Below, piece after piece: positions 7,859-16,845 of a stretch of 40,082 bases of DNA. The notes beneath the pieces are model-generated. The model searched no databases. It was not told the DNA's origin and saw nothing but the letters and a program-made list of their open reading frames with translations. Where the stretch lies: positions 1-40,082 of the IMG/VR virus record IMGVR_UViG_3300030104_001138; one strand, 5' to 3'. Both the position numbers and the translations under genes were made by a program. The stretch is from a virus. Taxonomy: Duplodnaviria; Caudoviricetes. Each line of letters starts with the position of its first letter. Position 1 is the first letter of the stretch.

Positions 7859-8513
7859 AGGCAGCACACAGCAACCAGTAGGAGAAGCCCAAACCGAGCA
7901 ATCGGCTGAAGCAACTAATACTGAAGACACACAGCAGCAAGCTGAAACTGTAGCAGATCAACAAGATTCGGATGAATCCGCTGTTGAAAGTGAAACTAGC
8001 GATCAGGAAACCAAGAAAGAAGGTGCGCCTGACAAATACGAGTTCAACGCAAAGGTGGCTGACGCACCAGAAGAACTCGACCCCGAAGTCTTAACTGCAT
8101 TCGGTGAAGTCGCTAAAGATCTTGACCTACCACAGGAAGCTGCACAAAAAGTATTAGACAAGGTTGCACCTGTCATTCAAGCCAGACAAGCTCAACAGGT
8201 TGAAAAGGCAAGGACAGAATGGGCAGAACAATCACAATCAGATAAAGAATTTGGTGGTGAAAGTTTAACTTCCAATCTAGAAATTGCTAAATCATCACTT
8301 AATGCTTTTGGTACTGATGCTTTGAAGGCGCTGCTGTCAGAATCAGGCTTAGGAAATCATCCCGAAGTAATTCGGTTTATGTACCGAGCAGGTAAGGCAA
8401 TTAGTGAAGACAGTTATGTTGGTAATTCTCAAGGTGCAAACGCTAAAGGCGGCATACCAAAAGATTTTAACGGCATAGCTAACGCACTATATTCAAATCA
8501 GCAAAACAAGTAA
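7818..8513 (+). CDS. Capsid scaffold/assembly protein (Bbp18-like)
   Basis: Acidic disordered N-terminus; APDKYEF, L-x-QE-x-AQK, DKEFGG and GLGNHPE-x-IRF motifs; directly upstream of the capsid gene. Confidence 0.82.
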   Translation: MSETLMTEANQTNEGSTQQPVGEAQTEQSAEATNTEDTQQQAETVADQQDSDESAVESETSDQETKKEGAPDKYEFNAKVADAPEELDPEVLTAFGEVAKDLDLPQEAAQKVLDKVAPVIQARQAQQVEKARTEWAEQSQSDKEFGGESLTSNLEIAKSSLNAFGTDALKALLSESGLGNHPEVIRFMYRAGKAISEDSYVGNSQGANAKGGIPKDFNGIANALYSNQQNK

Positions 8514-8524
8514 GGAGTTATTAA

Positions 8525-9544
8525 ATGGCTACACTTTCAAATTCAAATTTAACCCTAGCGGATTGGGCAAAAAGATCTGACCCAGACGGTAGAGTTCCAA
8601 TTGTTGCAGAACTGTTATCACAGTCCAACGAAATTCTAGATGATTGCGTTTTTAAGGAAGGTAACTTACCTACTGGTGAACGTGTTGTTATTAGAACAGG
8701 ACTACCCGGTGTTTACTGGAGAGCATTAAACCAAGGTATTCCATCAACCAAGTCAACAACAGCCCAGATTGACGAAGCTTGCGGAATCTTGGAAGCTCGT
8801 TCTGAAGTAGACAAAGACTTAGCAATGTTAAATGGTAACACCGCACAGTTCCGTCTATCTGAAGATACAGCTTTCTTGGAAGCAATGAACCAGACTCAGG
8901 CTGAGACATTGTTCTATGGAAACCCCGGAACAGACCCTAAGAAGTTTTTAGGTTTAGCACCAAGATATGGTGATTTATCTGCTGACAACGCAGTAAACAT
9001 CATGAATGCAGGTGGTTCAGGTTCTGATAACGCTTCTGTATATCTAGTTGTTTGGGGTGATAACACAGTTTATTGTCCTTTCCCTAAAGGATCTAAAGCT
9101 GGATTAACACATGAAGATCTAGGTGAGCAAACTGTTTACAACAGCGACGGTACAAGACTACAAGCTTTTGCTACTCGTTACCAATGGAAGAACGGTTTGG
9201 TTGTTAAAGATTGGAGATACGTTGTTCGTATTTGCAACATTGACATTTCTGACCTACTTGGAAGTACTGGTACACAAACAGCAGCAGCATCAACTAACTT
9301 AGTTAAATTGATGGCTAGAGCATTGTACAGAATACCAAACATGGCAATGGGAAGAGCAGCTTTCTATATGAATAGAACAGTTCACTCAGGACTATCTATT
9401 GCAGCACTTGACAAGTCACAGTCTGTTTTAGCAATCCAAGAAGGTTTATCACAGTTCGGAACAGCACAAAGCTACTTATCATTCCTTGGAGTACCTCTAA
9501 GAAGAGTAGATGCGTTACTTAATACCGAAACTGCGGTTAGTTAA
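8525..9544 (+). CDS. Major capsid protein (Bbp17/epsilon15 gp7-like)
   Basis: AAGGAG RBS; TLADWAKR, RTGLP-x-x-x-WR, GL-x-x-KDWRYVVRI-x-NID and FLGVPLRRVDALLNTE motifs. Confidence 0.93.
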   Translation: MATLSNSNLTLADWAKRSDPDGRVPIVAELLSQSNEILDDCVFKEGNLPTGERVVIRTGLPGVYWRALNQGIPSTKSTTAQIDEACGILEARSEVDKDLAMLNGNTAQFRLSEDTAFLEAMNQTQAETLFYGNPGTDPKKFLGLAPRYGDLSADNAVNIMNAGGSGSDNASVYLVVWGDNTVYCPFPKGSKAGLTHEDLGEQTVYNSDGTRLQAFATRYQWKNGLVVKDWRYVVRICNIDISDLLGSTGTQTAAASTNLVKLMARALYRIPNMAMGRAAFYMNRTVHSGLSIAALDKSQSVLAIQEGLSQFGTAQSYLSFLGVPLRRVDALLNTETAVS

Positions 9545-9571
9545 TCTATTTATTACTAAAGGAGATTTAAA

Positions 9572-10003
9572 ATGATTACAGACAAACTGCTCAGAGTGAG
9601 CGAAGATCAAGCAATTACTACAACTGCTTTTTCTACAGACACTATTGATCTAGGAACAGCTAGAGATATAGGTGAAGGTACTGCTTTATACATGAACTTT
9701 GCTGTTACTACTGCATTAGCAAATGGTACAAGCGTAAAGTTTGAGGTTGTTTCTAGTGCAAACGCTAACTTGTCTAGTCCTACTGTTATCGGCAGTAGCG
9801 ATGCTGTTCTTACAGCAGCTTTAACAGTTGGCAAAAATGTAGTAGTAAGAATCAATCCTGATATCGCTGGCAAAGGTCAAAGATATTTAGGTGCAAGATA
9901 CACAGTATCTGGTACTTATAATGCAGGTAAAGTTACTGCTGACGTAGTAGAAACAATTGGTGACGGACAGAAGTACTACGCTTCTGGCTTTACCGTATCT
10001 TAA
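9572..10003 (+). CDS. Capsid cement protein (Bbp16-like)
   Basis: MITDKLL-x-x-S-x-x-QAITTTA-x-STDTIDLG...RYL-x-x-x-YTV beta-rich jelly-roll pattern, after the capsid gene. Confidence 0.85.
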   Translation: MITDKLLRVSEDQAITTTAFSTDTIDLGTARDIGEGTALYMNFAVTTALANGTSVKFEVVSSANANLSSPTVIGSSDAVLTAALTVGKNVVVRINPDIAGKGQRYLGARYTVSGTYNAGKVTADVVETIGDGQKYYASGFTVS

Positions 10004-10015
10004 TAAGGAGAATCT

Positions 10016-10327
10016 ATGCCTATTTATAAAGCTAAAATCAAGTGTTTCGTAGGTAATAGCTTACGAGAAGCTGATGAAGAGTTTGAGTACAACGGAGAGT
10101 ACTGCAAGCACATTGAATTAGTTGGTGGAACTGAAGCTGAATCACCTGTAGTGTCTAACACAACAGTAGAATCAAAAATTGATGTAGAGCCAACTACTAA
10201 ATCAATTGATTATGATTCAATGACTAAAGCAGAGCTTGAAGTCTATGGTCGTACTATCGGTATTGAACTTGATAAAAGACAGACCAGAGAAACTCTTATT
10301 AGTCAACTTGAAGCAGCAAATAAGTAG
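10016..10327 (+). CDS. Hypothetical protein with a C-terminal helix-extension-helix (Rho-N/SAP-like) motif
   Basis: AAGGAG RBS; SMTKAELEVYGRTIGIELDKRQTRETLI. Confidence 0.7.
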   Translation: MPIYKAKIKCFVGNSLREADEEFEYNGEYCKHIELVGGTEAESPVVSNTTVESKIDVEPTTKSIDYDSMTKAELEVYGRTIGIELDKRQTRETLISQLEAANK

Positions 10328-10352
10328 GCATTAGTTTTCTTATTTTTTTACT

Positions 10353-10390
10353 GGGGGCTAGTAGTAATACTGCTAACCTCCTCTTTTTTT
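10353..10390 (+). terminator. Rho-independent terminator after the capsid block
   Basis: GGGGGCTAGTAGT-AAT-ACTGCTAACCTCC hairpin (G-U pairs, one mismatch) followed by TCTTTTTTT. Confidence 0.7.
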
Positions 10391-10400
10391 AGGAGATGAC

Positions 10401-11069
10401 ATGGCAACTGAAGTAGACATTTGCAACCTTGCCTTGGCACACTTAGGCGATGATGCAACAATAGCTTCGCTTAATCCACCAGAAGGGTCAGCACAAGCAG
10501 AAAAAGCTGCACGTTTTTATCCAATAGCAAGAAACAGTTTGCTAGAAATGCATACATGGAATTTTGCGTCAAAGCGTGGAAATTTAGCATTAACTACTAA
10601 CGCTCTTGATCAATGGGATTATGCATATGTAGCACCTGCGGATATGATGTCTCCTCTTGCGATAATATCCCCATCATCACAGAACGATTACGCTACAAGA
10701 ATGTCTGCTGGTGATACTCCCGGTGGAATAACATCTAACTATGCACCAACAATTGTGGCAGGGCAATATACACCACAACAATTTTCATTGGAAGGCGATT
10801 TAATTTATACAAATCAGGAAAATGCAATGTTGCGATACCAAGCATTTATAACTGACCCTTCATTATTTCCTCCTTTATTTGTTATTACATTGTCATGGCA
10901 TCTGGCATCAATGCTTGCAGGTCCTGTAATTAAGGGTGATCAAGGTGCAGCAGAAGCAAAACGTAGTACACAAATGATGGTTAGCTATTTAACTAGTGCA
11001 AAACAATCCGATAATTTACAGAGAGATATAACAGTAGAACATATAGTGCCTTGGACATCTGGGAGGTAA
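10401..11069 (+). CDS. Tail tubular protein A / head-tail adaptor
   Basis: VDICNLALAHLG, Y-x-x-ARNSLL-x-x-H-x-WNFA and W-x-YAY-x-x-P-x-D motifs. Confidence 0.88.
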   Translation: MATEVDICNLALAHLGDDATIASLNPPEGSAQAEKAARFYPIARNSLLEMHTWNFASKRGNLALTTNALDQWDYAYVAPADMMSPLAIISPSSQNDYATRMSAGDTPGGITSNYAPTIVAGQYTPQQFSLEGDLIYTNQENAMLRYQAFITDPSLFPPLFVITLSWHLASMLAGPVIKGDQGAAEAKRSTQMMVSYLTSAKQSDNLQRDITVEHIVPWTSGR

Positions 11070-11072
11070 TTT

Positions 11073-13538
11073 ATGCCAACTACACGGACATTTAAACAAG
11101 CATTTTCTGGAGGTGAGATATCACCAGAAATGTTTGGACGTATTGCTGATAATAAATTTCAACAAGGTGCAGCAACAATGCGTAATTTCATTGCTAAACC
11201 ACAAGGACCTGCACAAAATAGGCCGGGATTTGCATATGTAAATGAGGTAAAAGACAGTACAAAATCTACAAGATTGTTATCTTTTACATTTAATACAACT
11301 CAAACAATGGTTTTAGAGTTTGGCGATCAATATTTTAGGTTTCATACGGAAGGTCAGACGTTACTTTATAGTGCAGGTTCAGCGTGGAGTAATAGTACTA
11401 ACTATACAGTTGGCGATATAGCATTACAGGGAGGTACAAACTATTACGCTAAAACTGCCCATTCAAATAGCCAACCACCAAATGCAACAAATTGGTATGC
11501 ATTACCAGCCAACCTTACATATGAAATACCTCATCCATATTTAGAAGCAGAATTATTTGATGTGCATTATGTACAATCTGCGGATGTTATAACTTTAGTG
11601 CATCCTAATCACGCACCTAGAGAACTAAGAAGACTTGGTGCAACTAAATGGGAATTAAAAGTAATTGATTTTGGTACTCCTTTAACAGCACCCGGTGGTG
11701 TAAGTTCTGCCATGTATATACCAGCATCTACTTCTACAAACACAGATACTTATGTCGCACACGAATATGTTGTCACGGCTGTAAAAGCTAATTTAGTAGA
11801 TGAAAGTAATCAATCATCTGCTACTTCTGTAAACAACAATATATTTGTTACTGGAGCAAAAAATACTATTACATGGAACGCAGTTTCTGGTGCTGGTCGA
11901 TATAGAGTTTATAAACAACAAGGTGGTATTTATGGATTTCTTGGAGAAACTACAACTACAACTCTTGTAGACGATAATATTGCACCTGATTTTTCTAGAA
12001 CACCACCAATACATGAAAATGATTTTGTAGGTACTGGTAATTATCCGGGTGCTGTATCTTATTTTGAACAACGCAGAGTATTTGCAGGTACAAATAATGC
12101 ACCACAAAATATATGGATGACCAAATCTGGTACTGAAAGTAATATGTCATTTGGATTACCAATACGAGATGATGACAGAATTGAGTTTAGAGTTGCTGCT
12201 CGTGAAGCAAATACTATTAGGCATATTGTTCCATTAACAAATTTACTTATGCTTACTGGTTCAGCAGAATGGAGAGTAACTTCTGTTAATAGTGATGCAA
12301 TAACACCTACATCTATATCGGTAAAACCTCAATCATATGTTGGTGCGAACAATGCACAGCCAGTAATTGTTAATAATAGCTTGGTATATGGTGCTGCTCG
12401 TGGCGGTCATGTAAGAGAACTAGGTTATAACTGGCAAGCAAATGGATTTATTACAGGTGATTTATCTCTTCGTGCGCCACATTTATTTGATAATTTTACG
12501 ATTGTAGATATGGGTTTATCAAAATCACCAATACCTATTGTATGGGCAGTAAGTAGTAACGGTAAATTGTTAGGTCTTACTTATGTACCAGAACAACAAA
12601 TAGGAGCATGGCATCAACATGATACGGATGGTTTGTTTGAAAGTGTAGCTTGTGTATCTGAAGGGAATGATGACGTTACATATTGCGTTGTAAAAAGAAC
12701 TATAAATGGTGCAAGCAAACGTTATGTAGAACGCATGGGTACAAGGTTATTTGCAACTCAACGAGATAATTTCTTTGTAGATGCAGGTGCTACATACAAT
12801 GGCACAAATACAAACAATTCAAGAAACGTAACTATATCTGGCGGTACAAACTATACAAAAGGAGAAATCGTAACAGTTACCACTAATTACAATTTATTTA
12901 ACGCACCACCTAGTGTTGCCGATGTAAATGATGCAATAGTTTTAGTTGATGGCAGTACTCTTTATCGTCTAACCATTCTTGGTACGTCAAGTCAAACAGT
13001 TGCAACTGCAAAATTAGATAAAGATTTACCTGCATCTTTGCGTAATACAGGTTTAACTTCTTATGAAGTCGCAAGAAATGTTATATCAGGTATTTCTTGG
13101 TTAGAAGGAAAAACAGTAAATATTTTGGCAGATGGTGCAGTACATCCACAAAAAGTAGTATCTAGTGGTTCTATTACGTTAGATCGTGCAGCTAGTGTTG
13201 TACATCTTGGTTTGCCTTATGAAAGTGATTTAAATACATTACCTATGGCGTTACAAGTAGAAGCTTTTGGGCAAGGTAGGGTTAAAAATATAAATCATGT
13301 ATGGCTAAGAGTATTAGAAAGTTCTGGTATTTTTGCAGGTCCTAGTGCAGATAAATTAGTAGAAGCAAAACAACGTACAACAGAACCATATGGATCTCCA
13401 CCAGATTTAAAAACACAAGATATAAAAATAATGCTTACACCTCAATGGCAAGATAACGGTCAATTGTTTGTACGACAAACTGACCCATTACCATTAACAA
13501 TTGTTGGTTTAACATTAGAAGTAGCTATGGGTGGATAG
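11073..13538 (+). CDS. Tail tubular protein B / nozzle, with an inserted carbohydrate-binding-module-like segment
   Basis: FSGGEISP, QSADV, YP-x-AVSYFEQR, AWHQHDT and PLPLTI motifs; insert AWSNSTNYTVGDIA...YYAKTAH...W. Confidence 0.88.
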   Translation: MPTTRTFKQAFSGGEISPEMFGRIADNKFQQGAATMRNFIAKPQGPAQNRPGFAYVNEVKDSTKSTRLLSFTFNTTQTMVLEFGDQYFRFHTEGQTLLYSAGSAWSNSTNYTVGDIALQGGTNYYAKTAHSNSQPPNATNWYALPANLTYEIPHPYLEAELFDVHYVQSADVITLVHPNHAPRELRRLGATKWELKVIDFGTPLTAPGGVSSAMYIPASTSTNTDTYVAHEYVVTAVKANLVDESNQSSATSVNNNIFVTGAKNTITWNAVSGAGRYRVYKQQGGIYGFLGETTTTTLVDDNIAPDFSRTPPIHENDFVGTGNYPGAVSYFEQRRVFAGTNNAPQNIWMTKSGTESNMSFGLPIRDDDRIEFRVAAREANTIRHIVPLTNLLMLTGSAEWRVTSVNSDAITPTSISVKPQSYVGANNAQPVIVNNSLVYGAARGGHVRELGYNWQANGFITGDLSLRAPHLFDNFTIVDMGLSKSPIPIVWAVSSNGKLLGLTYVPEQQIGAWHQHDTDGLFESVACVSEGNDDVTYCVVKRTINGASKRYVERMGTRLFATQRDNFFVDAGATYNGTNTNNSRNVTISGGTNYTKGEIVTVTTNYNLFNAPPSVADVNDAIVLVDGSTLYRLTILGTSSQTVATAKLDKDLPASLRNTGLTSYEVARNVISGISWLEGKTVNILADGAVHPQKVVSSGSITLDRAASVVHLGLPYESDLNTLPMALQVEAFGQGRVKNINHVWLRVLESSGIFAGPSADKLVEAKQRTTEPYGSPPDLKTQDIKIMLTPQWQDNGQLFVRQTDPLPLTIVGLTLEVAMGG

Positions 13539-13571
13539 TGTGACCGTAAACAGATATCATGTAGTTATACT
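13538..13571 (+). promoter_or_regulatory. Conserved promoter motif copy 3: GTGTGACCGTAA-N16-TATACT, upstream of the ejection-protein block
   Basis: Intergenic; overlaps the last base of the upstream TAG. Confidence 0.8.
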
Positions 13572-13596
13572 AAAAAAATAAAGAAGCGTTGCAGTT

Positions 13597-14181
13597 ATGT
13601 CCACATGGCAAAAATATAAGGCATTAGGTAATTTAGAAAAATTTGGCGTAGCTATGGGTGCAGCAGGTGCGCTAGGCGGTGCTTATGGTGCATTTGCTGG
13701 TGCTAGGTCTGAAAAACTTAGAACAAAAAGTTTAGCATTACAGCTTAAGCATAAAGAAGACATGATGCGGTTTAATATAAAACAAAATGAAAGTCAGGCA
13801 CAATGGTTGAATCAAGTATTTAATAAGCAATATCAAATAGCAACATTAAAACAAGGTAATAAAAAATCAACAGCAAAAACTTCATTTGCTGCTAGAGGAA
13901 TACAAATGGGAGTAGGAAGTACAAAAGATGTCTTTGTTAGTTCTGAAGTACTAAACGCTGTAGAAAATCTAACTATGAATTCAAATAAAGTGCGAGCGAT
14001 AACAAATCAACGTCTAAAGGGTGTAGGTATGGGAATCAAGGCAGATATGACAGGGCTAAGTGCAGATTTTAAAAATATGACCGCAGCTTCTATAGATCCA
14101 TTTATGAGTATGACTAGTAGCTTTATGTCAGGTAGTTCTAATTTTATATCTAACCTTCCTGAATCATTATTAACTAAATAA
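13597..14181 (+). CDS. Internal virion (ejection) protein, small
   Basis: Gly/Ala-rich hydrophobic N-terminus; AARGI-x-x-x-x-GS motif; position after the nozzle gene. Confidence 0.75.
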   Translation: MSTWQKYKALGNLEKFGVAMGAAGALGGAYGAFAGARSEKLRTKSLALQLKHKEDMMRFNIKQNESQAQWLNQVFNKQYQIATLKQGNKKSTAKTSFAARGIQMGVGSTKDVFVSSEVLNAVENLTMNSNKVRAITNQRLKGVGMGIKADMTGLSADFKNMTAASIDPFMSMTSSFMSGSSNFISNLPESLLTK

Positions 14182-14184
14182 ATC

Positions 14185-16845
14185 ATGGTTAAACAAGTAC
14201 CTGTTACAACAGAATTAAGTCAGACTTTAAATACAGGTTCGGCAGTACAGTTTACTGGTGGTCAAGTAGACCCGATGGATAATAAAATGCCCGGCCAGAT
14301 ACGAAAGCAATCTACTGCTATGTTGCGGATGCAGAAGGCTTCACAGGTATTAGCAGATCAATTAAATGACGCAGAAGCAACTAAACTTTATAACGAATTT
14401 GCTCCAGAGCTACAAACTAATCACAATGCATATACAGACCTAACTGGTTTTGATGCTGTAGCACCTATTCCACCAGATGAAGAAGGTGGTGACTATGGAA
14501 ATACACTTGATGTATATAAAAATACAAACTTAAAAAATTTAGAAGAAAAATACTTAAAGAAAGCAAGTAACGGAAGCGTTAGGTCTATGTTTAAAGCTAA
14601 AGCTCATCAGGCTATAGCAGACTCGCAAGAAAAGATGGTTCGACATTCTATCGAACAGCAAAAGATAGGAGCTACAAATGTATTAAATGATCATCTTACA
14701 ATAACAAAAAGAGAGATTATTAATGACTTTAAAAACTACGACAAAGAGGGAAGTGTATACCAAACAAGAAAGTTTGTAGGAATGTCATTAATAGATGAAA
14801 TAGCAATGGTTAAAGGTTGGAACATTGATCCAACTAAAGGCCGTGTTAGCTCTAATTATTTAGCGTTGAGGAGTGCATATTTGCATGAAATAGGTAAAGG
14901 TGTAATAGATATGATGGGCAAACATTTACCAAAACATAAAAAAAACGAAGCGATTAGAAAATATATAGACACATACCGTACGGACCTTGGTGAAAAAACC
15001 GCAGATAAACAATTAGAAATTAATGAAAAAGAAGGCAAATTAAATAAAGTTAGTGCGTGTGTAGAAGCAACTTTAAAAGATAACGGCAACATCAATGATG
15101 GCAGCTTTCTAAGTGCAGCAAATAGGATGAATTGTTTATCTAGCAGTAATTCTTTTGATAACGGCAAAGGTGTTTCTACTAACCAAGGTCTGCATAGTGA
15201 CAAAGTTAATACTGACGAAACAACCATAACTGACAATATAGAGTTTGCAGAACAATTAATAAATACAGAATCAAAATTCTATAAACCAGACTCTGAGTTA
15301 AATGGCACTTTACTTGATCAACATAAGCCAACCCATATGTTTGCTGCTCTTCATTTTGGTGTAGCAAAAGCTGATTCGTTATATACAAAAGCAAAATCAC
15401 AAATAGATATTGATCCGAAACAATTTAAGAATAATCCTGTATATGCAAAAAATATAAATAGTCAAATAATTACTAACTACAAGAAACTTCTTATTGAAGA
15501 AGCTAATAAAGAATTTAAACCAGAAATAGTAAGGCTAGAAAAAGAAATAAAGAAATTGGAAGATACCCCTAATCTTTATACAAAACCTTTTTCAAGCCTA
15601 GGTCCAATTCCGGGTACAGATGATTATGAAAAATCAAATAAAGATGAAAAGAAAAAAAGAAAAATAAAACAATTAAAAAATCAGTTAAAGATCGCAAAGG
15701 TAGAAGATCCCGGATTTTCGGATAAAATTGTAAATGACTTAGATATTTTAGAAGGAGAGATTGATTATGATTATGATCCTCAAATTACAAAAGAATTAGA
15801 AATAGATGAAGTATCAGGTTTACAGCCTTTAAATGTATTAATACGCAAGTTACAAGCAACAATTAAAGATCCAGAAGCATTACAAACTGCGGTAAAAGAG
15901 TTAAAAATCAAACACGATGAGATTACTAAAACAAGCAATGAAGTTTACGATCAAGATTTTAAAAAGGCTAAAATCATATCGTTTGCCAAAGAAGGTGGAT
16001 ACAACGACCTAGCAGCAAATGGTATTAACATAATTAATTTCAAGGAAGAAGATCAAAAAATATTGAAGAATGGACAACCAGAAAAATCAGATATAGATAC
16101 ATTAATAATGTTAGGGAAAAATCCAGAGGAACTAAAAGATAACTTAAATAAATACGATTACAAATTAAATAAAAAAGATTTTATGGCATTAGAAGATTAT
16201 GCTGCTAAAAAATTAGACACTCCAGAAAAAATTGCAGCAGTAAAAATTGAAACTGATATGCTTGACATGGAATTAAAAATAGCAGGTTTTTATGAAGATA
16301 TTAATGATGACAAAAAATCAGATAAAGAGACTAAACAAAATTATTTAGAAATTAAAGAGGAATGGAGAAAAAGAATAGATGAAGCACAAATAGATAATGG
16401 TGGTAAAACAATAGGTCGTGAAGCCAAGCGAAAAATATTAAAAGAAATTTTAAATGACCAAGTATTAACTGGAAAAACTACAGATAAATTCTTAGGTATA
16501 TTTGGCGGTAAACCTGAGTTCCAACCTCTCAGCACAGTTAATCAATATAAAGGTAATGATGACCTGCCAACTACAGATGTAATGGTATTTGGAGAAAAAG
16601 TTAGATTAAGTAAAATACCTGAGTATCAAAGAATAAATATTATAAGAGAATTACAAAGAATTAATAAACCAACTACTGAATATAATATTGCTGAATATTG
16701 GGTTCGTGCAGGTAAATCAACGGCTACAAATGAAGCAGAACAGCTTATTTTTATAGCCAACAGAGATGCAAAAAATACTAATAAAAAGACTGAGGAATCA
16801 GAAAATGAGACACCTTATATGCCATATTTTAACTTGCCTATTTAA
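14185..16845 (+). CDS. Internal virion (ejection) protein, 886 aa, helical/charged
   Basis: Position between the small and giant ejection proteins; no catalytic motif recognised. Confidence 0.7.
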   Translation: MVKQVPVTTELSQTLNTGSAVQFTGGQVDPMDNKMPGQIRKQSTAMLRMQKASQVLADQLNDAEATKLYNEFAPELQTNHNAYTDLTGFDAVAPIPPDEEGGDYGNTLDVYKNTNLKNLEEKYLKKASNGSVRSMFKAKAHQAIADSQEKMVRHSIEQQKIGATNVLNDHLTITKREIINDFKNYDKEGSVYQTRKFVGMSLIDEIAMVKGWNIDPTKGRVSSNYLALRSAYLHEIGKGVIDMMGKHLPKHKKNEAIRKYIDTYRTDLGEKTADKQLEINEKEGKLNKVSACVEATLKDNGNINDGSFLSAANRMNCLSSSNSFDNGKGVSTNQGLHSDKVNTDETTITDNIEFAEQLINTESKFYKPDSELNGTLLDQHKPTHMFAALHFGVAKADSLYTKAKSQIDIDPKQFKNNPVYAKNINSQIITNYKKLLIEEANKEFKPEIVRLEKEIKKLEDTPNLYTKPFSSLGPIPGTDDYEKSNKDEKKKRKIKQLKNQLKIAKVEDPGFSDKIVNDLDILEGEIDYDYDPQITKELEIDEVSGLQPLNVLIRKLQATIKDPEALQTAVKELKIKHDEITKTSNEVYDQDFKKAKIISFAKEGGYNDLAANGINIINFKEEDQKILKNGQPEKSDIDTLIMLGKNPEELKDNLNKYDYKLNKKDFMALEDYAAKKLDTPEKIAAVKIETDMLDMELKIAGFYEDINDDKKSDKETKQNYLEIKEEWRKRIDEAQIDNGGKTIGREAKRKILKEILNDQVLTGKTTDKFLGIFGGKPEFQPLSTVNQYKGNDDLPTTDVMVFGEKVRLSKIPEYQRINIIRELQRINKPTTEYNIAEYWVRAGKSTATNEAEQLIFIANRDAKNTNKKTEESENETPYMPYFNLPI

